A DNA stretch of 24,000 nucleotides from Bacillota bacterium. Its GTDB lineage: Bacteria > Bacillota > Clostridia > Christensenellales > Aristaeellaceae. This document shows positions 15,387 through 22,993 of the stretch, piece by piece; the stretch's first letter is position 1, and the number at the start of each line of letters is the position of its first letter. A program made the position numbers and the translations under genes. The notes below the pieces were generated by a model. That model had not been told where the DNA came from. It did no database searches and saw nothing but the letters and a program-made list of their open reading frames with translations. The DNA lies in NCBI GenBank assembly GCA_023416655.1, contig JAEZHK010000063.1, positions 2,028-26,027 of the forward strand. The letters are read 5' to 3'.

Positions 15387-16334
15387 ATGAAATTTTACTT
15401 CGCACCGATGGAAGGTTTGACAGGATACATCTATCGAAATGCCCATCATGCTTTCTTTCCAAGCGGAATTGATAAATACTTTTCACCGTTTATTTTTGCC
15501 AATCAAAGTGATGGCTTTAAAAGCCGTGATATGAATGATATTTTGCCGGAGCACAACCAGGGGATCGTTTTGATTCCTCAATTATTGACCAACAACGCGG
15601 ATGATTTCATTCATACCGCGAAGAAAATCAAGCGGCTGGGCTATCATGAGATCAATTTGAATTTGGGCTGTCCGTCAGGAACTGTTGTGTCAAAAGGCAG
15701 AGGTTCCGGATTTCTTGCAAAAAGAGCGGAGCTCGATGTGTTTTTGGATAAAATCTTCAGTCACCCGGTCACCAAAATATCCATAAAAACGAGAATCGGC
15801 AAGGACAGGCCGGAAGAGTTTGGCGAACTGATCGAAATATACAACAAATACCCCATGGAAGAATTGATCATACACCCCAGGGTTCAAACGGACTTTTATA
15901 GAAACACACCGAACATGGAAGTTTTTTCGGCGGCCTTCGGCCAAAGTAAAAACCCTGTTTGCTATAACGGTGATCTATGTACAAAAGAGGACATCAACGG
16001 GTTTTCAGCCGGGTATCCGGGGGTGGAAACGGTCATGCTTGGAAGAGGGCTATTGATGAATCCAGGTCTTGTTAACGAGCTTTTGCATAATATCAAGCCC
16101 GACAAGCACCTGCTGAAAAACTTTCACGACCAAATATATGACGGCTATAAAAAAATACTCTTTGGGGACAGGAACGTTTTGTTTAAAATGAAGGAGCTTT
16201 GGAACTACATGATCGAAATTTTTTGCGACAATGCAAAACACGCCAAGCGGATCAAAAAGTCGCAAAGTCTGCGCGATTATGACGAAGCGGTTTCGTCGTT
16301 GTTCGGCGAGTCGGATATGGTGGATATCAGGTAA
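15387..16334 (+). CDS. tRNA-dihydrouridine synthase (Dus family, FMN-dependent)
   Basis: The N-terminus FAPMEGLTG and catalytic-Cys motif NLNLGCPSG are typical of Dus enzymes. Length is 315 aa. It is markedly AT-richer than its neighbours. Confidence 0.85.
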   Translation: MKFYFAPMEGLTGYIYRNAHHAFFPSGIDKYFSPFIFANQSDGFKSRDMNDILPEHNQGIVLIPQLLTNNADDFIHTAKKIKRLGYHEINLNLGCPSGTVVSKGRGSGFLAKRAELDVFLDKIFSHPVTKISIKTRIGKDRPEEFGELIEIYNKYPMEELIIHPRVQTDFYRNTPNMEVFSAAFGQSKNPVCYNGDLCTKEDINGFSAGYPGVETVMLGRGLLMNPGLVNELLHNIKPDKHLLKNFHDQIYDGYKKILFGDRNVLFKMKELWNYMIEIFCDNAKHAKRIKKSQSLRDYDEAVSSLFGESDMVDIR

Positions 16335-16390
16335 TGTCCTACAGGTGGAAACCTGAGCCGTGATGTAAAACGCTTGCATAAAAGAAGATC

Positions 16391-16428
16391 AAGCCGCTGC
16401 GCCTTTACGGACGCGGCGGCTTGCTTTT
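16391..16428. terminator. Bidirectional terminator between convergent dus and CAP-domain genes
   Basis: aagccgctgcg pairs with cgcggcggctt (one G-U pair). It is followed by gctttt on the + strand and by gatcttctttt on the minus strand. Confidence 0.6.
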
Positions 16429-16446
16429 GAAGGATTGCCTGAGTAC

Positions 16447-16914
16447 TTATGCGCCGAACTCCTGGACCCAGTACATGATGTTGCCAACCTTGTAGGCGGC
16501 GACGCCGATGGAGCCGAAGGAGGCGCGCAGGATGTTGGCGCGGTGGCCGGAGGAACTCATCCAGGCGGCCATGACCTTGTCGGCGGTCTGCTGGCCCACG
16601 GCGATGTTCTCGCCGCGGCATGCGGAGGACACGGTGGACCAGGCGCTGCCGTCGGGGCGGGTGTGGCTGAACATCTGAACGATTTCCCGGGCGCGGACGG
16701 CCGCGGCGCGGCTGAGTTCACTGGAAACAGTCAACGCTCCAAGACCCTGCTTGGCGCGATCGCCGTTGGTCTGGCTGATCACGCTCAAGGCCTGAGAGGA
16801 CATCGAGGAACCGGCGGCCGACGCCATGACGGGCTGGGCGGTGACGGCCAGCGCGGGCATAGAGACCAGCATCAGTGCGAGCACCAGAATTCCAAACCGT
16901 ATGACAGGCTTCAT
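16447..16914 (-). CDS. Secreted CAP/SCP/PR-1 domain protein (YkwD-like)
   Basis: ATG at 16914 follows GGGAG. The signal peptide is MKPVIRFGILVLALMLVSMPALA. CAP-like motifs are GENIAVGQ, AAWMSSSGHRANIL and FGSIGVA. Confidence 0.75.
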   Translation of the reverse strand: MKPVIRFGILVLALMLVSMPALAVTAQPVMASAAGSSMSSQALSVISQTNGDRAKQGLGALTVSSELSRAAAVRAREIVQMFSHTRPDGSAWSTVSSACRGENIAVGQQTADKVMAAWMSSSGHRANILRASFGSIGVAAYKVGNIMYWVQEFGA

Positions 16915-16970
16915 GATGTTACGCTCCCTTTTGAAACAGTATAGCAACTTGATTCAACGGAATTGTAACA

Positions 16971-16999
16971 TTGAGCATTATATATGTCAAGACAATTTA
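16971..16999 (-). promoter_or_regulatory. Consensus sigma-70 promoter for the CAP-domain gene
   Basis: The minus strand reads TTGACA (16999-16994), a 17-nt spacer, then TACAAT (16976-16971). Confidence 0.65.
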
Positions 17000-17194
17000 T
17001 GCAAATCCAACAATTACCGGCTCGGGGCCATGTGGCCGCATACATGCCCAGGGCTACCCCGGTTCAGCGCATTAAGATGTACTTTGGGGAGAAGTAAGGC
17101 CTGCGGGAAGAAAGTATTTTCGGAATAGAAACAACGGTCTCCATTCGCGTTCCTTTCATGGCTTGACGCAAGCCTTTCTTTGGGGATAACCTGA

Positions 17195-17224
17195 ATCGGC
17201 CGCATAACGGAAAATGCGGCCGAT
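17195..17224 (-). terminator. 11-bp perfect hairpin downstream of the PIG-L deacetylase gene
   Basis: atcggccgcat (17195-17205), 8-nt loop, atgcggccgat (17214-17224). It lies 30 nt past the stop at 17254. The U-tract is weak (attcaggttat on the minus strand). Confidence 0.45.
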
Positions 17225-17253
17225 CTGCTGCTAAATTGATTCTCGTTTCCTCC

Positions 17254-17913
17254 CTAGAAAAGGCTTTCCAGCGAGCGGAGCGGCAGCGCCTGGTACAGGT
17301 ACAGCCCCTCGGCGTAGGGGACGCCGATCAATTCGCCGTCCCGGCGGGACAGATCCATCGCGAATTCCTCGATGTGCTGGGAGGCGTGGGCCGCGCAAAT
17401 TTCGCGCTTTTGAGGCGCCTCCTCCGTGATGTCCACGAGGACATCCGGCCTCCGGGCGTTGGTGCGCCGGTCGGCGCTGAAGTAAAGGATCGCGCCATAG
17501 TGCCAGTCGCTGCCGTCGGCGGCGTATTTGTTGAGCCCGCCGGTAAACGCCGCGGCCCGCGCGATCTGGCTTGCCGCCACGTGGTCCGGGTGGTAGTCGT
17601 CCGGGTGCAGCGTCAGGATCAGGCGGGGCGAGCAAGACCGCATCACCGGCGCGACCTTCTCCACCGCTTCCTTCGTATAATGAAGCCCCGCGTCCGGAAA
17701 GTCCATTTGGTGGTATTCGTCTATGCCCATGCGTTTCGCGCCTTCGCGCGCCTCCTGGAGCCGCGTCTCCATTTCCGCGTGGCCGCCGGATTCGCCCCGG
17801 GTCAATACGATCAGCCCGGTGCGGCGGCCCTCCTTCTTTGCCTTCAAAAAGATTCCGGACGCGCAGACCTCCAGATCGTCCGGGTGCGCCGTGACCGCGA
17901 GCAGATCCACCAT
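17254..17913 (-). CDS. PIG-L/LmbE family N-acetylglucosaminyl deacetylase (BshB-like fold)
   Basis: ATG at 17913 lies 8 nt after GGAGG. The zinc-site motifs AHPDDLE and HPDDYHPDH define the family. Length is 219 aa. Confidence 0.8.
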   Translation of the reverse strand: MVDLLAVTAHPDDLEVCASGIFLKAKKEGRRTGLIVLTRGESGGHAEMETRLQEAREGAKRMGIDEYHQMDFPDAGLHYTKEAVEKVAPVMRSCSPRLILTLHPDDYHPDHVAASQIARAAAFTGGLNKYAADGSDWHYGAILYFSADRRTNARRPDVLVDITEEAPQKREICAAHASQHIEEFAMDLSRRDGELIGVPYAEGLYLYQALPLRSLESLF

Positions 17914-17990
17914 ACCGCATGCCTCCTTGATTTGTTGTGAATGGGGAGCACGTGGGAACGCGTCTTGCGGGCGTTTCAGATCCTGGGGTT

Positions 17991-18142
17991 CGGGGCCGAA
18001 GCCCCGATTGATTCAAGGCAACCGGAGGGCGACCTGCGCGGCCGCAGGTTGCCTATCCCGCTTCGCGCGCAGGCTCGGCCGCAAGCCGCAGCTTGCAGAG
18101 CCTGCGCCTGCGCGTGAAAGCCGCGAAACGGATTTCACGCGC
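17991..18142 (-). other. Series of GC-rich hairpins in the permease-deacetylase spacer
   Basis: All coordinates here are + strand. First: cggggc-cgaa-gccccg (17991-18006), which gives a C(UUCG)G tetraloop on the minus-strand RNA. Second: ggcaacc...cctgcg-cggc-cgcaggttgcc (18017-18053). Third: gcgcaggctc/gagcctgcgc with inner gcaagc/gcttgc (18067-18107). Fourth: gcgcgtgaaa/tttcacgcgc (18110-18142), abutting the permease stop. Confidence 0.55.
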
Positions 18143-18988
18143 TTATTTGATGCCTGTCGCCGAAATGCCCTCGATGAACTGGTTCTGGAAGATCAAAAAC
18201 AGGATGATCATCGGCCAGACCGCCATCGCGCTTCCTGCCATCACCTGCGGGTAATAGGTGGTGTGTTCGCCGATCAGCATCGCAAGGCCCGCCGACAGCG
18301 TCATCTTGTCCAGCGAACTATTGACGATCAGCGGCCACATCAGGTCCTTGAAGGCGGAGAGCGCCGTAAGGATCGCCAGAGAGACAAGCGCGGGCTTGAT
18401 CAGCGGCAGCAGGATTCTCGCGTAGATGCCGAAGAAGCCGCAGCCGTCGATCATCGCGGCTTCGTCCAGCGCCTTGGGCTGGGTCATAAAAAACTGCCGG
18501 AGCATGAAGGTGCCGAATGCGCTGAAGATCTTGGGCAGCCACAGCGCCGTCACCGAGTTGGTGAGCTTCAGCCGCACCATGATGTCGAAGTGGGGGACCA
18601 GGAAGATCTGCCCGGGCACCATGAGGAGCGAAAGGCATAGCGTGAACAAGAGGTCCCGGCCCGGGAACGTAAGCCGCGCGAAGGCGTAGGCCGCCATGGA
18701 GCAGACGACGAGCTGCCCCAGGATCGCCATGCCCACCATCGCGAAGGTGTTGAAATAGAAGGCGCCGAAGGGGAATTTCCCCAGCACGATTTGGTAGTTG
18801 TCCAGCATCCAACGGGCGGGCAGGAGCGTCGGCGGGATCAGGATGCTCTCCTCATACGTCTTGAACGAGGTCAGGATCATCCACAGAAACGGCCCGATGG
18901 TGACGAGGCTGGCCAGGACCAATAGCGTGTGCAGCGGCCAGGTTTTGCCGCGACCCGCCTTGCGAAGGAGGGGCGAAACGCTAGTCAT
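18143..18988 (-). CDS. Carbohydrate ABC transporter permease (MalG-like)
   Basis: The profile is multi-helix and hydrophobic. The EAA loop is LDEAAMIDGCGFFGIYARILLPL. An 8-nt overlap with the upstream permease suggests coupling. Confidence 0.9.
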   Translation of the reverse strand: MTSVSPLLRKAGRGKTWPLHTLLVLASLVTIGPFLWMILTSFKTYEESILIPPTLLPARWMLDNYQIVLGKFPFGAFYFNTFAMVGMAILGQLVVCSMAAYAFARLTFPGRDLLFTLCLSLLMVPGQIFLVPHFDIMVRLKLTNSVTALWLPKIFSAFGTFMLRQFFMTQPKALDEAAMIDGCGFFGIYARILLPLIKPALVSLAILTALSAFKDLMWPLIVNSSLDKMTLSAGLAMLIGEHTTYYPQVMAGSAMAVWPMIILFLIFQNQFIEGISATGIK

Positions 18989-19883
18989 CGTAATGCACCC
19001 ACCTTTTTTGCAGCTTCATCTGCAAGAGCGTCATGGCCAGGATCAAAAGGAACAGGACCATCGAAATCGCCGCGCCATAGCCCTTGTGGAACCGAATGAA
19101 GGCTTCTTCAAAGAAGTAGGTGACCAGCGATCTAGAGGCTGCGGTGCCGCTGGAATACTGCTTGATCATCAGGTAGATGATGTCGAAGATCTGGAAGACG
19201 TTGATGATGCTGGTGACCGTCACAAAGAAGATGGACGGGGTCAATAGTGGGATGGTGATGCGCCGGAACTGCTGAAGGCCGGTTGCGCCGTCGATGATGG
19301 CCGCCTCGTAGTAGCTGCGGGAGATGCCCTGCAGCCCCGCCAGCAGCACGATCACCTGGTAGGCCACGCTGCTCCACACAAACACCACAGAAACCGAGGG
19401 CAGCACCACGGCGGGGTCCGAAAGCCAGGCGACGCCCGTCAGCCCCAGCATCTTCAGCGCGTCGTTGATCAGCCCGAACTCATAGTTCATCAGCCACTTC
19501 CACATCAGCGCGACGGCCGCGGGCAGCGTGACCGCGGGCAGGAACACCATTGTGCGGTATATGCCGCGGCCGCGAAGCTGCTGGTTGAGGACCGCCGCCA
19601 GCATGATGGCAAGCGCCACCACCAGCGGTACGCACAGCGCGACGTACAGGAGCGTGTTGCCCAGCGACTGGTAGAAATAGGGGGCCTTGAAGAGATTGAC
19701 GTAGTTGGTCAGCCCCACGAAGGCGGGCTTGCCGAAGCTGGACTTGTTGGTGAAGCTGTCGTACAGGCTCTGCCCGAAGGCGTACACGTAGAAGACGATG
19801 AGGCCCGTAAACAGCGGCGCGATCATGGCGTATCCCGCCCGCGCCTGCGCGCGCATCAATGGTCCTGTGCGCCTTGTGCGCAT
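18981..19883 (-). CDS. Carbohydrate ABC transporter permease (MalF-like)
   Basis: The EAA loop is YYEAAIIDGATGLQQFRRITIPLL. I chose the ATG at 19883 (MRTRRTGPL...), 5 nt after GGAGGAG. The track's GTG at 19913 is less well supported. Confidence 0.88.
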   Translation of the reverse strand: MRTRRTGPLMRAQARAGYAMIAPLFTGLIVFYVYAFGQSLYDSFTNKSSFGKPAFVGLTNYVNLFKAPYFYQSLGNTLLYVALCVPLVVALAIMLAAVLNQQLRGRGIYRTMVFLPAVTLPAAVALMWKWLMNYEFGLINDALKMLGLTGVAWLSDPAVVLPSVSVVFVWSSVAYQVIVLLAGLQGISRSYYEAAIIDGATGLQQFRRITIPLLTPSIFFVTVTSIINVFQIFDIIYLMIKQYSSGTAASRSLVTYFFEEAFIRFHKGYGAAISMVLFLLILAMTLLQMKLQKRWVHYDD

Positions 19884-19924
19884 ACCATCTCCTCCTTTCA
19901 TACGGTCGGCCACCGTAAAACAAT

Positions 19925-19959
19925 GCCCGCATGGTATAAGCCGATTGTACCATGCGGGC
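19925..19959 (-). promoter_or_regulatory. 12-bp intercistronic hairpin between the solute-binding-protein and permease genes
   Basis: gcccgcatggta (19925-19936), 11-nt loop, taccatgcgggc (19948-19959). A second small hairpin, cgcccg-actta-cgggcg, is at 19992-20008. The placement resembles the stabiliser/attenuator hairpins known in malEFG-type operons. Confidence 0.5.
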
Positions 19960-20021
19960 CTTCGGTCAACAAGGGTCTAGCCGCGTTCAGCCGCCCGACT
20001 TACGGGCGTGCTCCGATTGGA

Positions 20022-21290
20022 TCAGCCCTGCGCGTCCAGAATCGGCTGCATCTGGTCCTGAATGGCCTTGCAGCCGTCCGCCGGGGTCACCGTGCCGGAC
20101 AGGATCTGGCTGGAGAAGTCCATCACGACGGGCAGCCACTCGGCAATCGAGGCGGAGGTGGGGAAGAAGAAGCCGGTCTCCGCCACTTTATAGAACACGC
20201 TGGCGTCGATGTGCTTGAAGTTGGGCACGTAGTACTGCTGCGCGCTGATCAGCGCGGGCATGTCGATCTTGCCCTCGGCCTGCATCTTGTTGGCTTCCTC
20301 ACCGGCGAGGAACTGGATCAGCTTCCAGGCGGCTTCCTTGTTCTGGCAGTTCGAATTCATCGCGTAGCCGAGGCCGCCCATAACGGAGGCGTTGCTCGCG
20401 TCCATCTTGGGCATCGGCACCACGCCGATGTCGGCGGCGAAGGAGGCTTCGTCCATCAAAAGCGCCTTCCAGGAGCCCATGAATACCATCGCGGCCTTCT
20501 GGGACAGGAACAGGTCCGTGCCCTTGGTGTCGGAGAGCACCTTGTAATCCGGCATGACGCCCGCGCTCATCAGATCGAGCACATCCTGGAAGGACTTGAC
20601 GGTGCCGGCCTGGTCAAAACCCGCGGTCTTCTGGTCGTCCGAGATGATGAAGCCGCCGTCCTGCACGATGAAGTTGAAGTAGGAGGGCTGCGGATCCAGT
20701 TCCATCACCAGCGGGTACTCGCTGCCGCCCGCAGCGGCAATCGCTTCTTTAAGCTTCGTGCCGGTGGCGACCATGTCCGCCCAGGTCCAGCCGTCCTTGG
20801 GCTCGCCCACGCCATACTTGGCGAAGATGGCCTTGTTGTAGAACACCTGCACGGTGTCCATGCCCTTGGGCATTGCATACTGCACGCCGTTCATGTTGTA
20901 GGCGTCCCGGATGACCGCCACGTAACCGTTCATGTCGATGCCGGCGGCCTTGATGTAGCTGTCCAGCGGCTCCAGCACGCCCGCGCTGACATACTTGGGG
21001 AGGAAGGTGTTCATCCAGAACACGTCCGCCGCGCTGCCCGCGCCCATGGCGGCGTCCAGCTTGGTCCAGTAGTCGGACCAGGGGGTCAGCTGCACTTCCA
21101 CGTCGATGTCGGCGTTCGCTTCTTCAAATTTGGTCACAATCTGATCGAAAACCGGCTTCTGCGACTCATCCCACAGCGCGTAGGTGATCTTCGTCTTCTC
21201 CGCCGCAACCGCCGGGGCGATGGTGCCGAGCGACAGCGTCAGGACCATCACCAGGATCAGGGCGAAAGACCTCTTGAACAACCGCTCCAT
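20022..21290 (-). CDS. ABC transporter extracellular solute-binding protein (family 1, sugar-type)
   Basis: I chose the ATG at 21290 (MERLFKRSF...), 7 nt after AAGGAGG. The signal peptide ends AVAAEK and has no lipobox Cys. Typical SBP_bac_1 features are ITYALWDE, WTKLDAAM and GSWK. Confidence 0.88.
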   Translation of the reverse strand: MERLFKRSFALILVMVLTLSLGTIAPAVAAEKTKITYALWDESQKPVFDQIVTKFEEANADIDVEVQLTPWSDYWTKLDAAMGAGSAADVFWMNTFLPKYVSAGVLEPLDSYIKAAGIDMNGYVAVIRDAYNMNGVQYAMPKGMDTVQVFYNKAIFAKYGVGEPKDGWTWADMVATGTKLKEAIAAAGGSEYPLVMELDPQPSYFNFIVQDGGFIISDDQKTAGFDQAGTVKSFQDVLDLMSAGVMPDYKVLSDTKGTDLFLSQKAAMVFMGSWKALLMDEASFAADIGVVPMPKMDASNASVMGGLGYAMNSNCQNKEAAWKLIQFLAGEEANKMQAEGKIDMPALISAQQYYVPNFKHIDASVFYKVAETGFFFPTSASIAEWLPVVMDFSSQILSGTVTPADGCKAIQDQMQPILDAQG

Positions 21291-21337
21291 GTCCATACCT
21301 CCTTAGAATTCTCAGGATGTGAAAACGACGTTTGGCT

Positions 21338-21351
21338 TGCGGCATGCCGCA
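21338..21351. promoter_or_regulatory. Perfect 14-nt palindrome in the leader of the ABC operon
   Basis: tgcggcatgccgca is its own reverse complement. It lies between the predicted -10 (21367-21372) and the SBP start, so it could be an operator or an RNA hairpin. Confidence 0.3.
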
Positions 21352-21366
21352 GGCTCCGACAGGCAC

Positions 21367-21395
21367 ATTATAGGGTGAGGGGAAAAGTTTGTCAA
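21367..21395 (-). promoter_or_regulatory. Perfect-consensus sigma-70 promoter for the ABC transporter operon
   Basis: The minus strand reads TTGACA (21395-21390), a 17-nt spacer, then TATAAT (21372-21367), with an AT-rich stretch upstream. Confidence 0.65.
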
Positions 21396-21469
21396 TAGTC
21401 TGATCAAATAAAATCATAATATATTCAAACACCATCTTGGAATTCCATGGAGTGGTTCTTGGAGCGGCG

Positions 21470-21489
21470 TGAAAATCCGTTGAAAATCC
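21470..21489 (+). repeat. Direct repeat tgaaaatcc x2 with 11-nt period just upstream of the GH4 promoter -35
   Basis: tgaaaatcc occurs at 21470-21478 and 21481-21489. One helical turn of spacing suggests an activator-type binding site. Confidence 0.3.
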
Positions 21490-21500
21490 TATGTTTGTAC

Positions 21501-21529
21501 TTGTAATTTCGCCCGGTCTATGGTATAAC
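21501..21529 (+). promoter_or_regulatory. Candidate extended -10 promoter for the GH4-kinase operon
   Basis: TTGTAA (21501-21506), a 17-nt spacer ending in TGg, then TATAAC (21524-21529). Confidence 0.5.
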
Positions 21530-21566
21530 AGATGCAAAAGCGGTGGCGGCCCCCGTTGGGAACAAT

Positions 21567-21583
21567 ATGATCAATATGATCAT
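21567..21583. promoter_or_regulatory. Candidate operator: inverted repeat ATGATCA-ata-TGATCAT
   Basis: The 7-3-7 inverted repeat is perfect and overlaps a caatatgat x2 tandem (21563-21580). It lies between the predicted -10 and the GH4 ATG at 21617. TGATCA also occurs at 21404-21409 beside the divergent promoter. Confidence 0.35.
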
Positions 21584-21616
21584 TTTCTCGGAGGCCCGGA
21601 AAGGCGGGAAACCGGC

Positions 21617-22993
21617 ATGAAACTCACGGTGATCGGCGGGGCGGGCGCCCGTTCGCCGATGCTGCTCAAGAGCCTGGCGGCGGAGGCCGCAACCCTGAAC
21701 CTCACCACCCTGGTGTTTCTGGACGACGATCCTGTCCGCCGCCGCGCCTTCGGCCCGATGCTTACCAAGGCGGCCCGGCGGCTCAGGCCGGAGATGGCTT
21801 TCTCGGTGACCGGCGACGAGCGCGCGGCGCTTCGGGATACCGATTACGTCATCACCACCATCCGCGCAGGGTCGGACCAGTCCCGCGTGACGGACGAGCG
21901 CGTAGCGCTGCGCCACGGGGTCATTGGGCAGGAGACCACCGGAGCGGGCGGCTTCGCGATGGCGCTTCGGTCCATCCCGGCGCTGAGGCATTACTGCGAG
22001 CTGGCACGGGAACTGGCCGCGCCGGGGTTCATGATGTTCAACTTCACCAATCCGGCGGGGCTTGTGACCCAGGCGCTCCGGGACCTGGGCTACGACTTCG
22101 TCTACGGCATCTGCGACGCGCCGACGGGGCTTCTCAGGCAGGCGGCGCGCCTGATGCACCGTAAGCCGGAGGAATTTGAGGCGGAGCTGATCGGGCTCAA
22201 CCATCTTTCCTATTTCACGTCACTCAAGCTGGACGGGCGGGAGGTGCTGCCTGAGCTGCTTGAAAACCCTCGGCTCTATTCCGAAACGGACATGCGCTAC
22301 TTCCGCCCGGAGCTGGCGCGGCACCTTGGGTGCCTGCTCAATGAATACCTCTACTATTTTTACTACCGCGAGCGGGCGGAGGCGCGCATGCTCGAAGCGC
22401 GCGAGACCCGGGGCGAGCGAATCGCGGCGCTCAATCTCCAGATGGTGGAAGCGCTTTTGACCATGGACGCGGGAAGCGACTTCGACGGCATGCTCCGCCT
22501 GTACGGGGAGATCACCCACCGCCGGGAGGCGGACTACATGGCCTCCGAATCCGGCGTCCAGCGGGACGAGGCTTCGACGCCCCGCTTTGATCTGTACGCG
22601 CCGGAGGAGGGCGGTTACGCAGGCGTGGCGCTGAAGATCATCCGCGCCCGGACATTCGGGGAGGCCGGGGAGATGTCCGCCTGCGTGCCAAACCATGGCA
22701 CGATCCCCTGGCTGGAGGATGGCGACGTGATTGAGGTCATGTGCGAGCTGACAAAGGCGGGGCCCATTCCGAAGCGGGCAGACTACTGCCTGCCGGAGGG
22801 CGCGAAGGCGCTGATTCGGACCGTCAAGTACTATGAGCGCGCTGCCGCCCGTGCCATCGTGCAAAAGGACTGGTGGATGGCCCGTGACGCGCTGGCGGCC
22901 CATCCGCTGATCAACTCTTACTCGCTGGCGGAGGCGCTGCTGGACGAATACCTGAAGGCCTATGAATCCTATACGGGAGCGTGGAAAAGATGA
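21617..22993 (+). CDS. Glycoside hydrolase family 4 (NAD+/Mn2+-dependent, 6-phospho-glycosidase type)
   Basis: I chose the ATG at 21617 (MKLTVIGGAGARSP...). GH4 landmarks are NFTNPAGLVTQA, GICDAPTG (Mn-ligand Cys) and GLNHLSYF (Mn-ligand His). The Cys-Asp version of the motif recalls GlvA-type 6-phospho-alpha-glucosidases (ICDMP), so I do not call anomeric specificity. Confidence 0.8.
   Translation: MKLTVIGGAGARSPMLLKSLAAEAATLNLTTLVFLDDDPVRRRAFGPMLTKAARRLRPEMAFSVTGDERAALRDTDYVITTIRAGSDQSRVTDERVALRHGVIGQETTGAGGFAMALRSIPALRHYCELARELAAPGFMMFNFTNPAGLVTQALRDLGYDFVYGICDAPTGLLRQAARLMHRKPEEFEAELIGLNHLSYFTSLKLDGREVLPELLENPRLYSETDMRYFRPELARHLGCLLNEYLYYFYYRERAEARMLEARETRGERIAALNLQMVEALLTMDAGSDFDGMLRLYGEITHRREADYMASESGVQRDEASTPRFDLYAPEEGGYAGVALKIIRARTFGEAGEMSACVPNHGTIPWLEDGDVIEVMCELTKAGPIPKRADYCLPEGAKALIRTVKYYERAAARAIVQKDWWMARDALAAHPLINSYSLAEALLDEYLKAYESYTGAWKR

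Noticed and set aside
17000-17194. An orphan intergenic stretch of about 190 nt between the deacetylase terminator hairpin and the CAP-gene promoter, with small ORFs (17014-17205)
   Set aside because: The ORFs lack RBSs and recognisable features, and I see no convincing structure or repeat. It is probably non-coding spacer or a decayed remnant.
17231-18016. Alternative-frame ORFs (17231-18016 minus, 17236-17940 plus, 17723-18640 plus) overlapping the PIG-L deacetylase and permease genes
   Set aside because: Their compositions are Pro/Arg/Gly-rich. The frame starting at 17913 carries the diagnostic AHPDD and HPDH motifs and a well-spaced GGAGG.
18126-18139. Near-identical 14-15-mer (gcgtgaaatccgtt on the minus strand) shared with 21467-21481 (gcgtgaaaatccgtt)
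   Set aside because: By rough estimate, a couple of matches of this length are expected by chance in a 24-kb window searched on both strands. The match also contains an indel. This is not enough to claim a repeat family.
19923-21398. A 491-aa + strand ORF overlapping the solute-binding-protein gene
   Set aside because: It is antisense to a CDS with a clear signal peptide and SBP features. The translation is Gly/His/Val/Arg-rich with no domain signature.
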